Assembly: GCA_009602735.1 (NCBI GenBank) | Contig: WELA01001462.1 | Coordinates: 446,921-496,412 of the forward strand | DNA from: Mesotaenium endlicherianum | Taxonomy: Eukaryota | Direction: 5' to 3' | Length of the DNA: 49,492 nucleotides | Part shown: one piece after another, positions 23,237 through 34,305 of the stretch | How positions within the stretch are numbered: the first letter of the stretch is position 1 | Layout: each line of letters begins with the position of its first letter | Position numbers and translations under genes: made by a program | The notes under the pieces: model-generated | Told to the model about the DNA's origin: nothing | What the model saw: only the letters and a program-made list of their open reading frames with translations | Databases searched by the model: none

Positions 23237-24976
23237 TTATTGCTGTATCTGCCACTGCTGCATTTTCATTGCATGTTGCTCTTGGATGAACTGGAGCCTA
23301 TTCATGTTTGCAGCCTTCTGGTCAGCATCTCGTCCTCTCTGAATGACGAGCTGCCCCTGAAAGGTCGATAGCATGCACTCATGACGCTTTCCACCTACCT
23401 CAGCAGCTGCATTTAGGTCTGCCTGTGCAGCTGACTCTGCAAGGTAACGTTTCCTACGCCTCCCTATGGCAGGTGCCTTGCCCCCAGTGTTACCTGGAGA
23501 TGAAGTAATTGGGGGCGACGTCGGACGTGGCGGCGTAGGACGCGTTGGCGTGATAGCAGGACGGGGTTGCACGTGAGGGGGACTGTGAAGTGGCGAGGAT
23601 GTACCCGCTGGCCGAGGTGCTGCAGCTGCAGTTGCTGTTGCAGAGGGTGGGAGAGGAACGTCATGCGCAGCAACACCCTCATCGGCCTCGTCAGGGCTGA
23701 AGCACTCAACGTCGTCCACCTCTTCATACGCATTGGCGGCATCCGCATTATGAGCGGGAGTCGGCGACCCCTACACCGTGCTGCTGGTGCATCTGCGTGG
23801 GGGAGCGTCCACAGGTTTTGCCTCCTGAGCTGCAGAGGATGACTGCGGCATACTAGATGTGCCTGCTTCACCTGCCTCTCAAGTAGCGGCTGCTGCAGCC
23901 CTGCAAGCTGCAGCTCTCTGGCGGCGTTGCACCTCCATGAGAGCGTTGTGGTCATGCTCGCCCGGGTTGTGGTAAGCCAGTCGCCACCTCGCTGCTAGCG
24001 TCCAATGCTCGTATACTTCTCGTCTTGGGCAGTGCCCATCGGCCCACAGGCCATGGTTTTTTCTGTACGTGGCACCTAGCTCCCAAAACGAGGACTGTCC
24101 AGTGTGCGGATTGTACTCGTAGTCCCATATGGTTTTCAGGGCTTTGTGCAATTTGCTCCAGTACTTGTTGATTCCTGACCCTGACCTCTCAATGCCAGTG
24201 AGTGCCTTGAGCTCCAATGCTAAGTTATCCCACATGGCTGCTGTCGTCACGAACTTGGAGTGGACATCTTTGGTGCTTGCTTGTTTTGTTTTCAACATAG
24301 CCTCGTAGCAATCACAGAGATGACTCTTCTCAGCATCACTCCAATGGATGTTCCTCGCAGGAGCAACATCACCCCTGCCTACTCCACGCGTAATTGTGGA
24401 GGGCTGAGCAGGAGCAACAACCTGCAAGGTGCTGGCGTTAACCTGCGCGCAAAGCACATAAATATCGTGAGATTTTAACGGTAGGCAGTAGTGAAGGTTA
24501 GCACAACTCGCAGGAAGCATGATTTGAAGCAGTAGTCTGAGTTGAGAGCCACTGACCTCATTATTGTCGACGTGTTGATGCATAGTAAACAGCAATACCT
24601 CCACCCCTCTGCCAGGTGGCGCAGCCATCGTGTGCAAGTGTTGTAGGCCATTGAAATTGAATGAAAAGAGCGTGGGTGCCTGCTGTCCGAGAAGTCCTCC
24701 AGCGGTAGTAACAGGCGGATTCCAAGCCATAGCAGGGGCCTGACAATCGAGGAGAGGAACAATTGGGGTTGCACCCTGGGCTAGGTGGGCACCGGGCTGA
24801 GAGGATAGGGACGCGACATACCGTGCAGGGTGCTGAAAGTTGTGTGGGCTGAATGATCCCTGCAGCGCCAAGGTTGGCAACGAACTTGGACTTGCAGTAT
24901 AAGATATGGGAGCAGCTGATCCTGAACGAAAATTGTCAGGTGGTTGCCCTCTTGGGGCCCTACCCGGTGGATCCAT
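23237..24976 (-). pseudogene. Harbinger-associated Myb/SANT-like (trihelix) DNA-binding protein
   Basis: HWSDAEKSHL...AMWDNLALEL...RSGSGINKYWSKL three-Trp pattern. Probable in-frame intron 24443-24598 (GT..CAG, 156 nt). Same frame continues through stops to 23237 with a Pro-rich linker and Q-rich helical end. Confidence 0.8.
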
Positions 24977-25565
24977 GGCTGGTAATGGTTAAAGTGGACG
25001 CAGCACGGAAATTTATAGGCTTTCATGGAAGGGTACGCCCTCACCATTGTTCCGAAGTTGCCCCTAGGTGTTAAGTGAGATGCCTTTTCTGGGCTGTGTG
25101 TGAAAAAAAAGATAGGAGGTGCTTCATGAAGACAGCCGGTAGAAAGAGCCGGCAAGAAGCCCTTTATTTTTACTCTACTCGCTTTTGACGAGTTAAGATA
25201 TTTTCGTCACAATTTGTGAATGCGATAACGGGAGGGCGCTTCACGCATTGATTTTTGTGTCTGTTTCTGTCAGAACAAAATCTGTGTGGTGCCCGAACCA
25301 CGAGGAAAAGCGACCAATGTCGTTGGTGGTCTGCTGGGAGGCCGTGGACATAATAATACATCGATGTATTGATGCAAGTTTTCCGGCTCCAATCACTGTG
25401 GACAGTACATGGACTAGCGAAGTAGGGAGGTCGAGGCGCGCGCGAGAGAACGTTCGCAAGTCGTTGAAGTGCTCAACAGCTGGCCACCTTGGTTGTGCTA
25501 GATTCTTGACATAACATGTAGATTGTGTCACGTTTTCTTGTTTTATAGCACAATCTAAACAATTA

Positions 25566-25621
25566 CTGCGGTGTACTGCGGTGGATTGCGGTGGATCGCG
25601 ATGGCATGCGAGTGGATTGCG
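25566..25621 (+). repeat. Short ~10-bp tandem repeats (TGCGGTGGAT-like), possibly subterminal repeats
   Basis: ctgcggtgta ctgcggtgga ttgcggtgga tcgcgatggc atgcgagtgga ttgcg. Confidence 0.55.
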
Positions 25622-26304
25622 TGCTGCATAGCTTGTCCTTGTGTGCAATATCTCGTATGCATGCAAAGATGTTGCTGACGTCTTTGTCCATCACGGACTT
25701 CCGCACTCAGCCGTCGATGAAAATATCTCACTTCAAAGTCGGTTGCCGCGGTCTCCGCGGACGGGAATTACCAGGAGCTTTTTACAGAAAGCTGCTAATG
25801 GGTTATCACTGTAAGCGAAGGTGGGACTCGGGAGTCTCGTAGCCTTGTAATCCTTACTTCTAGATCCCAGGGTCCCAACCAGATATCATACATGTGCCAT
25901 TGCGCAATGTTCATAGTATGTATAGGTAGATATAGACAAATGTACTGACCTGCATATACAGATAATTCTGAGGTAAACACTAATTTGATTAACACCACGG
26001 ACTGCTAAGTGGCTGCAAAATAAAAACACTTTATTTTGTGCGAGAAGGTCGTTCCAGTGATGTCTTCGCAACCTCTACATATGCTGGGAATGGTTGAGAG
26101 GCAGTTGGTAATTTTTACATCCTTTTGAAGGGGTGTTGTGGGTTGGCCTACGCAATTTCATCAAGTCAAGGTCACAAAAACAGTGGAGAACCCAACTTCG
26201 ATCGTGAAAGCCTGACTTTCACCTTCAAAAGACGTGGAAACTTCTTTCTAAGACTATCCGCTTTTAATGGTGTGCAATCGTTTCGCGTACATGTACATAG
26301 CGGT

Positions 26305-26711
26305 TGTCGTGTGTTACGAGGTCGGGTGCGCCACACAGGTACAAGCAACACATCATAAGCAAGCAGGCTTTGCTGCAATAAAGTCTATAATACATGCGGC
26401 TTTATAGCCGAAAAGGGAGTCAAGTCTCAAATGTTTTTTGGTGACTTGGAAATCTAGAAAAGGTCAACATATAGATGCGTAAGGTAAATGCAAAGTCGGT
26501 CTTCCGAGGTTGACGGTTCGCACAAGTTAAGCTTGATTTTGTACGTCAACCCCGACTCAATAAATCATGACAGCTGTCGTGCGTTACGAGGTCGGGTGCG
26601 CCACATAGGTACAAGCAACACCTCATAAGCAAGCAGGTTTTGCTGCAATAAAGTCTATAATACATGCGGCTTTATAGCCAAAAAGGGAGTCAAGTCTCAA
26701 ATGATTTAATT
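26305..26711 (-). repeat. 3' terminal repeats of element 2: B2 (26305-26437), deleted A remnant (26438-26572), GC, B1 (26575-26711)
   Basis: Direct repeat of ~135 bp starting TGTCGTG. Junction CATGACA-GC-TGTCGTG. All parts match solo 10380-11516. Confidence 0.93.
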
Positions 26712-26724
26712 CCCCCCCCAGCTC

Positions 26725-28200
26725 TCAGCCTCTAGCTGATGAGCTGTGTACGCTGCCTAAGGCTAGAGCGAAGCAGTCAGTGCAGAACCAGTCGCCAGCT
26801 GGCACACGAGCCAGCGGCGGGTCGAGGCAGCCGATGTGGAAGCCGAGGTTGCAGCTGTCGCAGAGCAGCATCTTGGCCTTTTGGCCAGAACTGTGGCAGA
26901 TCTGACACGCCCTGTCTTTGGGCGGGCGCGCGTCGCGGGGACGAATCTGCATGTCAAAGTTAGGAAGGTGGCATGGTCCACAATTCTTTGTGTGGTCCTT
27001 GTGAAGACGGCCATCTGCGCCTTCCAGCTCCAGGACTCCTGACGCCAAGATGCGCTTGACGCGCAGGATGACCGATGAGCTGCTGATGTCGAGGGTGTTC
27101 TTTGTCTGGCGTCGCAGGTACACGAAGTCACCTGCGGAAAACCGCAACACCCGCGGACGATAGGCTCCTCCACGAGTCATGGCATACCTTAGCGTATCGC
27201 AATGCTGTGCGATGCTGAGGTTAGCCATGGCCATGGGCATCAGGCGCTGAAAGAGCTGCGCACGCTGCCTAATAAGAGCACTCCACGTCTCGGGGCTGTC
27301 CAAGTCCAAGACGATTTTGGCCACGGTCCTGCCTGCGGCGGGCAGGACTGGCTAGCGGCCGTAGAGAAGGAAGCAGGGAGAGTGAGAGGCCAAGGAGGCC
27401 TGCTTACTGAACCTGTACCCCATAGCCAACCACGGGAGGGCATCATCCCAGTGGGTGCTGTCGTGGGCAAGGCAGTACTTCCGCAACCCAAGCTTGACGG
27501 TCTACACCATACGCTCTGCAAGGTTGTCAGCCTGTGGATGATCGCGGGAGGTGGTGCGGTGGTCGATCATAGAGTGCTCCAGTAGCTTCTGAAAGCTGCC
27601 CTGGAAGTCCTTGCCTTGGTCGGTCAGTACCTCAGCGCAGCCGCCAAAACGGCTAAGGACCTGTTCAAGAAAGGCCTGAGCGATCCCCTCACTTGCCTTG
27701 CTGGGTAAAGGCACAAGTTCGATCCACTTAGACATGTGCTCAATCATCACCAAGACGTAGAGGTTGCCTCGGCAAGACTTGGGCAGCTCCCCAGCTAAGT
27801 CGAGCGACTACCTGTAGAACAGCCCCTGAATAAGAAGGGGGCTGAGAGCGACGGTGCGAGCTGTGAAGCTCGAGCGCACACGATCGCAGAGAGTGCAGCT
27901 GCTGACGACGTCGGCGACGACCTTAGTCATGCCTGACCACCAGTACTCAGCCTGAAGAAGGTTGAGCGTGCCTTTGACACCGAAGTGTCCCAGTGCCTCG
28001 TGTACCCGGCGTACCAGCTGACTGCGTATAGCAGGCTCAGGGACCACCAGGACGGACCCGTCCGCCATCAGTCGGCGCATGCATCCCTCCATGTAGACGA
28101 AGTCGCGGCTGAGCTGGAGGATGCGATCGCGCTCCCTCGTGGTAATGCCTGAGACCATCTCCCTAGAGGTAACGTACTGCAGCACTGGGGCGTCCTCCCA
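26725..28200 (-). pseudogene. pol: DDE integrase plus PHD finger (element 2)
   Basis: HEALGHFG...CTLC; LTDQGKDF; LAERMV; PHD CQICH...CDSC...FHIGC...WFCTDC. Stops at 27808 and 27502. Confidence 0.93.
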
Positions 28201-28221
28201 AACATCATCGGGCCACCGGTG

Positions 28222-29829
28222 CTAGCTGTCCTGCTCTTTTGCTGCTGCCAATGCCAAGCGCCGCATGTTGACAGTTACCATGGCCATGCTTGTGAGCCCT
28301 GCGGGCCGCACCTCGCTGTCCACGGTGAAGGCCAAGAATGCTGCCGCGTGCCACGCCACAGGCTCGTCCTCATTATGGCGTGCCACATTCAGGTCCCTCG
28401 ACGATGGAAGAGGGTTACGGCTGAGGCCGTCGGCGTCCATGTTAGTGGACCCAGGGCGGTGGTGCACGTCAAAGGTGTACTCCTGCAGAATGAGCGCCCA
28501 TTGTGCGTACTTGCCCGTCAGGCGTTCCGACGTCATGAGCCACTTGAGTGGCTGATGGTCGGTGACCAGGCGAAAGTGGGTGCCGTAGAGGTAGTGCTTG
28601 AAGTGCACAATTGCCCATATTGCCGCCAGGCACTCCCCCTTGTAAGAGCCGTAGTTGCTCTCGGCGCGGTTGTTGCTGCGGCTAGCGTAGGCCACCACGT
28701 GCTCGAAGCCCTCGTGCTCCGATACCAACACCGCGCCCAGTCTTGCCTGCGACCAGTCGGTGTGGAGGATGAAGGGCTTCTTGTAGTCGGGCCACCGCAG
28801 CACCGGTGCGCTCACCAACAGCTCCTTGAGCTTGTCAAACGCCGCCTGCTGCTCTCGCCCCCACACATAAGCAACACCCTTCCGCAACAAGTCGTTGAGC
28901 GGCTTGGCCAGCTCGCTGAACCCTGGCACGAAGCGCCGATAGTAGTTGGCGATGCCAAGGAAGGCCCTCAGCTGCCAGAGATCCGTGGGAGGCAAAATGC
29001 CCGTGATGGCTGAGATCTTGGCCAGCTGCGGCGCCAGACCGGTCAAAGAGAGCAGATGCCCGAGGTACTCCACCTCTCGAGTCCCAAACGTGCATTTGCC
29101 GGGATGGCACTTGAGCCCCGCGGCCTCCAAGCGCTCCAACACAGCAGTGATGTGGGCCACGTGCTCCTCAAACGTCTCACTGAAAACGAGCACGTCATCG
29201 ATGTAGCACCGAGCAAAGGGTAGCCCTGCCAGCCCCTTATCCATGACCCTCTGAAATGTGGCCGGCGCGTTCTTCAACCCAAAAGGCATCACCACCCATT
29301 CGTAGAGGCGCTGTGCCCCCCAGAATGTCGTCTTACGTTGATCCTTCTCGGCGATGGGAATCTGGTTGAAGCCCTGGCGCAGGACCAGCACTGAGAACCA
29401 AGTGCAGGTGCCAATGTCATCGAAGATCTCGTCTGGCGTCGGCATAGGGTACCTGTCTTGCTCAGTGACCTCGTTCAGCCGACGATAGTAACCGCACATC
29501 CTCTTCTCGGACTCGTTCCCCGCGGCATCCTTCTTGGCTGGCATGACCGTGGGCGCGGCGTAGCGAGATGACGACTCCTTCATGAGCCGACTGTCCTCCA
29601 GCTTGCCTGTCTTTGCGTCGATTAGACCATCCTCGAAGTGACTGTAATGATACCTCTTGAGGAAGATAGGCTCCTTGGACGTGAGAGGAATCCGCATGGG
29701 ATCCCCTTTGTAGCGCCCAAGGTCGTGCATGCCGCTGGCGAAGCTGACGCTGGGTCTCACATCCAGCAGTGTCGTCAACTGGGCCACCTGGGCGTCAGCG
29801 AGAGTCCCCCCCAGCTTCCATGTAGACAA
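28222..29829 (-). CDS. pol: Reverse transcriptase and RNase H (element 2)
   Basis: 535-aa ORF: MPFGLKNAPATFQR, YIDD, YLGH, LHTDWS, AYASRS, TDHQPL, ADGLSR. Confidence 0.97.
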   Translation of the reverse strand: MSTWKLGGTLADAQVAQLTTLLDVRPSVSFASGMHDLGRYKGDPMRIPLTSKEPIFLKRYHYSHFEDGLIDAKTGKLEDSRLMKESSSRYAAPTVMPAKKDAAGNESEKRMCGYYRRLNEVTEQDRYPMPTPDEIFDDIGTCTWFSVLVLRQGFNQIPIAEKDQRKTTFWGAQRLYEWVVMPFGLKNAPATFQRVMDKGLAGLPFARCYIDDVLVFSETFEEHVAHITAVLERLEAAGLKCHPGKCTFGTREVEYLGHLLSLTGLAPQLAKISAITGILPPTDLWQLRAFLGIANYYRRFVPGFSELAKPLNDLLRKGVAYVWGREQQAAFDKLKELLVSAPVLRWPDYKKPFILHTDWSQARLGAVLVSEHEGFEHVVAYASRSNNRAESNYGSYKGECLAAIWAIVHFKHYLYGTHFRLVTDHQPLKWLMTSERLTGKYAQWALILQEYTFDVHHRPGSTNMDADGLSRNPLPSSRDLNVARHNEDEPVAWHAAAFLAFTVDSEVRPAGLTSMAMVTVNMRRLALAAAKEQDS

Positions 29830-30233
29830 AGCTGGTGAGGGCGTCTGTACTGCAGCCGGCTCCTCCTGCCTTGCTGCTGGCGCCAGCGGTGGCGCGACAG
29901 GTGTCGCCTGCCCTGCAGCTATCTGTTCTCTGCTTGGGATGGATGCCTCCTCTTGTGCAGCTGCTGCCAGCTGTACTACCCCGCTTGCCTAAGGTCCTGC
30001 CTGAGGTCGCGAGCGAGGAAAAAGAAATGATGACCGGAACTCCCTCGGTCGCTGTGAGGCCTCCTCTCTCCTGCGTCCCCCCTCTAGCAAATCAGGAGCA
30101 TCACGGGCTAGCGGCGGGGACTGAGGGCGTGCGCGGGCCTGCGGGGCAGTCCCCTCGCGCTAAGAATGCCACGCGGTGCCGGGCGGGGCCTGACCGTCAC
30201 CGTTAGGGTAGTCTCGTCCATGGCATCAGGAGG

Positions 30234-31264
30234 TTAAGAGAGCTCCGGGTGGCGCGCCTCTGCGTAAAGAGGGACCAAGGCCTGTGTCTGCAGCAGGATC
30301 CATGTGAGGACGTTGGCGTCAATTGCCTGTCCCAGGAGGCGAATGCGGTTCACCTCTGTGAGACTGTCCAGCTCTGTGAGGTGTGGCGGGAAGCCCATGG
30401 CACGCTCCATCTCCGTCGGGCGGGGCCTGTCAAACATGCCAGTCTCCAGGTCAATGACCATCCCGCGCTGAGCGCCCACAAAGGCATCGCTGTCGTAGCG
30501 GCTGACAAAGGTAGGGAGCGCGCGCGTAACGGCGTGAATGTCCAAGCTGCGCCTGCGAGGGATGTGGCAGCACCGTCACGCGCTGCGCCAGCCGAGGGGC
30601 ATTGAGGATGGAGTCAACGTTGCGCGTGTGGCGCGGATGGGCGGCTGCCAAAGCCTCAAGCGTTCCTGGCATAGCCAGGTTGGTGAAGTAGGCGCGGACG
30701 CAGTGCGTGAACGAGCCAATCTGGGCAGCGTCGATGACGGCCTCACGACCAACGTAGCTGCTGCAGAGGGCAAAGTCGGCACTGACATCGGGCCGATGGT
30801 CGTGGCGGGCGGCCACGTTCTCCAGGATCCATGCAAGAGTGTGCGGCGGCTGATGGTCCTCCACCATGTTGAGGACACGGAGCAAGTGCGAGAAGAGAGC
30901 CGTGCGAGGGTCACTGAGTGCCCGACCATACCCAGCTCTGGAAAAACCCTAACACTCCAAACCTGCGATGATGAGTTCGATGGACCAAGGCAAGTGACAT
31001 GCTCGACGGTGATGTCACGAATGTCCATGGGCCAGTCGGTCTGCGCGCGGCGGAAGGCGTGCGCGGGAAGGAGGTCTGGGAACCTCTCGTGGCATAGAGC
31101 CATCTGCCGACGGGCCACCTGCTGAGCCTCAGGATCGGGGTCCACGTAGACGTAGCGGCGCACGGGAATGCCGGCCTGCAAGGTCGCGAGCAGCCCTGCG
31201 GCGATGCCGGCGAAGAGCTCAACAAGCACGATATCGCCGGGCCGCTCGTCGAGCGGGTCGGCAC
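30234..31264 (-). pseudogene. DNMT3-like C5 cytosine methyltransferase domain (element 2)
   Basis: I LVELFAGIAAG; III DIRDI; IV IIAGLEC*GFSRAG; VI WILENV; VIII VIDAAQIGSFTHCVRAYFTNL; IX-X EMERAMGFPPHLT...RIRLLGQAIDANVL. Two frameshifts. Confidence 0.92.
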
Positions 31265-32985
31265 AGATCGGTGTCAACAGCGGGCGGCACCCTATGGCAG
31301 GATCACCAAGCTGCGCGGGAGGCGGATAGGTGCGCTCGGCACTGTGCTGGTGTGGCGCCATGCGGAGCGCAACCACGGCGCGCTTGGCGTAGTCGCGCGT
31401 GAGGCCGAGAATGCGGTCTGCGATGGGCAGAGGACGCCCCTCTCGAGCGTGGGCCTGATAGGAGCGCCACCTCATGCGGGCGTCCTGCGAGGCCTCCGGC
31501 GGCAGCGCGGGCATGACGCCGGGCCATGCGAATGCACAGCTGCTGCCATTGGCCACGCTCAGCGAGATCGTCCTGGTGCGAGGCTGCGTGGGCCAACTGG
31601 TCCAAAACGGGCCGCTGAGGCAGATAGGGATGCAGATTAAAGTAGGCGCGTTGACGCTCTCGCATGGCCTCAGCGGGGCCTGTGCAGGCTGATCGCTCCG
31701 GGCTGGCAGCCACCTGCCGTGGTTGGACGAGCTGGCGGGGGGCCAACTGGACTCGCGGGCGGGGATGCCCTCGCGTAGCTGGCTCAACGCGGGGATGCCG
31801 AAGATGCGGCATGAGCACTGCTCGTGTGGTGGCCAGGAACGGGTGGCGAGGAAGCGGCTTGCCAGTAGTGCGCGCCACCTTCTGAGGAGGCGATCTCGAG
31901 GGGCCGTCGCCTGCGATGTGGCTGCGTGGGACGCCGGCGCGTCGAGCTGCAGGGTCGGGGTACAGCGCGTAATGCGCCTGTGAGGAGGAATGCGTGTTGT
32001 CGTAGTCCGGGAGAGGGCACAAAGGTGGCGTGCCTCCTCGCTCCCGAGTGTTGTTGTATGGGGGCCTGCGCTCCCTTTCATCGTATGGCGACGTAATGGA
32101 GCGGGACCGTGGCTCGCAAAGAAGAGTGACCTCTCGCGCCTCACGCAGGGACGTGAGCGACCGTGAGCGCCTCGTCTCGCGGAGAGGAGTGGTCTCTCGG
32201 GCGAGCGGAATGGTCGGCTTGGTACGGTGTGCGTATCGCGGGGTCGGATGGGCTCAGGTAGACGCGCCTGCACGCGGCAGGTCAAGGATGCTGCTCCGAG
32301 GCTTCAGCTGGCGTACCGGAGGCGTGGCAGTGCTGGAAGAACCAGGTGCCGCGCGGGCGGAGGCAAACAAGTATCTGACGCGGCACTCGTTGCTCGTGGA
32401 GCAGTCATGGGATACGGGGCGGCTGGGTCCAGCTGCGGCGGCGCGGGCCGCGGCCTTCTGCGGCAAGTTGCTGAAATCGGGCGGGCCTGTAGGCCTGCGC
32501 CGGACGTGCGTCGGGAGCGTATGTGGCCGAGGCTCCTCCAATAGCTGCGCGAGGTACTCCTCCGCAGACTCCTCGGGAAGCTGCTCCCACTGCTCCTCCT
32601 CCTCCTCGTTGCTGTCAAGATGTAGGTCGTCGGACTCGCCAGGATAGGCGCCTTGGTGCATGGCCTCCTCCTTTGATGCCGTCATGCGAGGCTAGTAGTT
32701 GCCATTGTGGTGTGATGCGCGTCGGGATGGCGGCTGAGAGTCCATACTGTACTGGGTGGCCACGCCAACGGGTACGTCGTGGCGTACGCGGACGTCTGTC
32801 CTCGCTGACGGCCCGCTGCAAGAGGGGGCAGCCGCCGCTGTGTCACAAGCAAGGACTGCGGCAGCAACGGCCGTACGGGCAACGGCGAGAGCCTTGGTGG
32901 CATCCTCCGCCATCTGCCGCATCCTGGAATGATGCGCTGCGCAGATGCGTATCTGCTCCCTGGCCAGGGCTGCCAGGACATCCAC

Positions 32986-33900
32986 CTACTCCTGAGGTGT
33001 AAGGTGGAGCTCTGCGCTAGGCAGGTCTGGCTCCTCATCCTGCGGCTCAAGCAGGTCCTCTCCCACAGACATCTCTTTGTCCTCGGGCCCTCCATTATAG
33101 GTCTGGACCACTGGCCGGCCGTCGCCCAGCCCCATGAAGCCGTAGAGAGCGGACACCGCTGGGCGGCGATCGACGATGTCGAGGGGCAAGGATGCCGTGC
33201 GCGTCCCTCTTGACTGCCAGTCATGTCGATAGAAGACCCGCTCTGCCCAGTTGTCGACCGCGGCGTCGATAGAAAAGAGCACGTCCTGCCCTAGTAGAAC
33301 GTCAAAGGACTTCGAAGGAGTGACGAGCACGTGCCGATGGATGGTCGTCTCGTCTGCAGTGCCCGGGTGGAGAGTGAACCGCAATGCCATCCTTGTGCGG
33401 CCTGTGACGGACTCGGAGGTGCCGGCCGCGGTGTTGATGCGCTTCGGCGAGTCCTCCAGGTCGGTCAAAGAGAGCCCCAGACAACGGAAGCAGCGCAGGC
33501 TGATGAGGACCGGCTGCGCGCCCGTGTCAAACATGATGCGTTGCGGCGCCTGGGTGTTGACGACCACGATCCCCTGCGAATTATCAAAAACGCGGCGTTA
33601 GGCGTGCTGATCATCCTGCGCTCATTCGCAAGACGCGCTGGTGCGGAGCGCACCGCGATTGCGGCATCGGCTGTAAGCCTGCCGATGGCAGCGCGCACAG
33701 TGTCCGCGCGCGACCGAAGCAGCAGCTGAGCGGCCTGCCTTGTCGCCTCCATGGAAACGCCGAGCTCCGGTAAGGAGACCGCCGGCATGCGGTGCAGTGC
33801 CAGCGAGATGACTTCGGCGCTGAGCTACACCGTCGTCATCGGCAAAGTGAGCACGCGTGACGCGGGCTCCGTTGGGGCTGCTGGCGTCTCCAACACGCGA
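32986..33900 (-). pseudogene. Aspartic protease and upstream conserved segment (element 2)
   Basis: MFDTGAQPVLI and FDVLLGQD. Upstream RLPRLF...HRMPAVSLPEL resembles KLPQTF...QHAPLLSLADL of element 1. Confidence 0.88.
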
Positions 33901-34079
33901 AACAAACGGGGTAGGCGCGGCGCCTCCTCCGTTCGTCGTCCCTGGTCTGGCCCGTCGCGATTCTGTGACGCCGCGGGCCGGCCGGCTGGTGCCACGAGCG
34001 TGTGCTCGCGGCCAGCGCGACCGACCGCAGGGCGGCCGGCGAGAGGCTGCGTGCGTGCGTGCGCAGGCCAAAATGGCAG

Positions 34080-34305
34080 CTGCTGGCGCAGTCGCAAGGC
34101 CCGACGCAAGGCCTATTGCATGACCTGCCGCAGGGCCTGTCGTGCTGCCTGTCGCAGAGCCTCCTCCAAGGCCTGGCAGGCAGCCTGCCGGAAGGCCTGC
34201 CGCCAAGCCTGTCGTGCGGCCTGCCGCTGAGCCTGTCGCGCGACCTGCCGCAGAGCCTCCTCCAAGGCCTGTCGCGCAGCCTGTCGTATGACCTGCCACA
34301 ATCCC
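34080..34305. repeat. Degenerate 12-bp tandem repeat (GCCTGYCGNNNN)
   Basis: Minus strand translates as RQAA-RQAL-EEAL-RQVA-RQAQ-RQAA-RQAW-RQAF. Confidence 0.8.

Larger units (their letters stand above)
15618..25621. mobile_element. Probable large PIF/Harbinger DNA transposon with cargo genes; boundaries approximate
   Basis: Convergent Harbinger transposase and Myb/SANT-like genes with three genes between them. TIRs and TSD were not identified. Confidence 0.6.

Noticed and set aside
25620..26300. Harbinger right TIR
   Set aside because: No matching inverted partner or TAA/TTA TSD could be identified.
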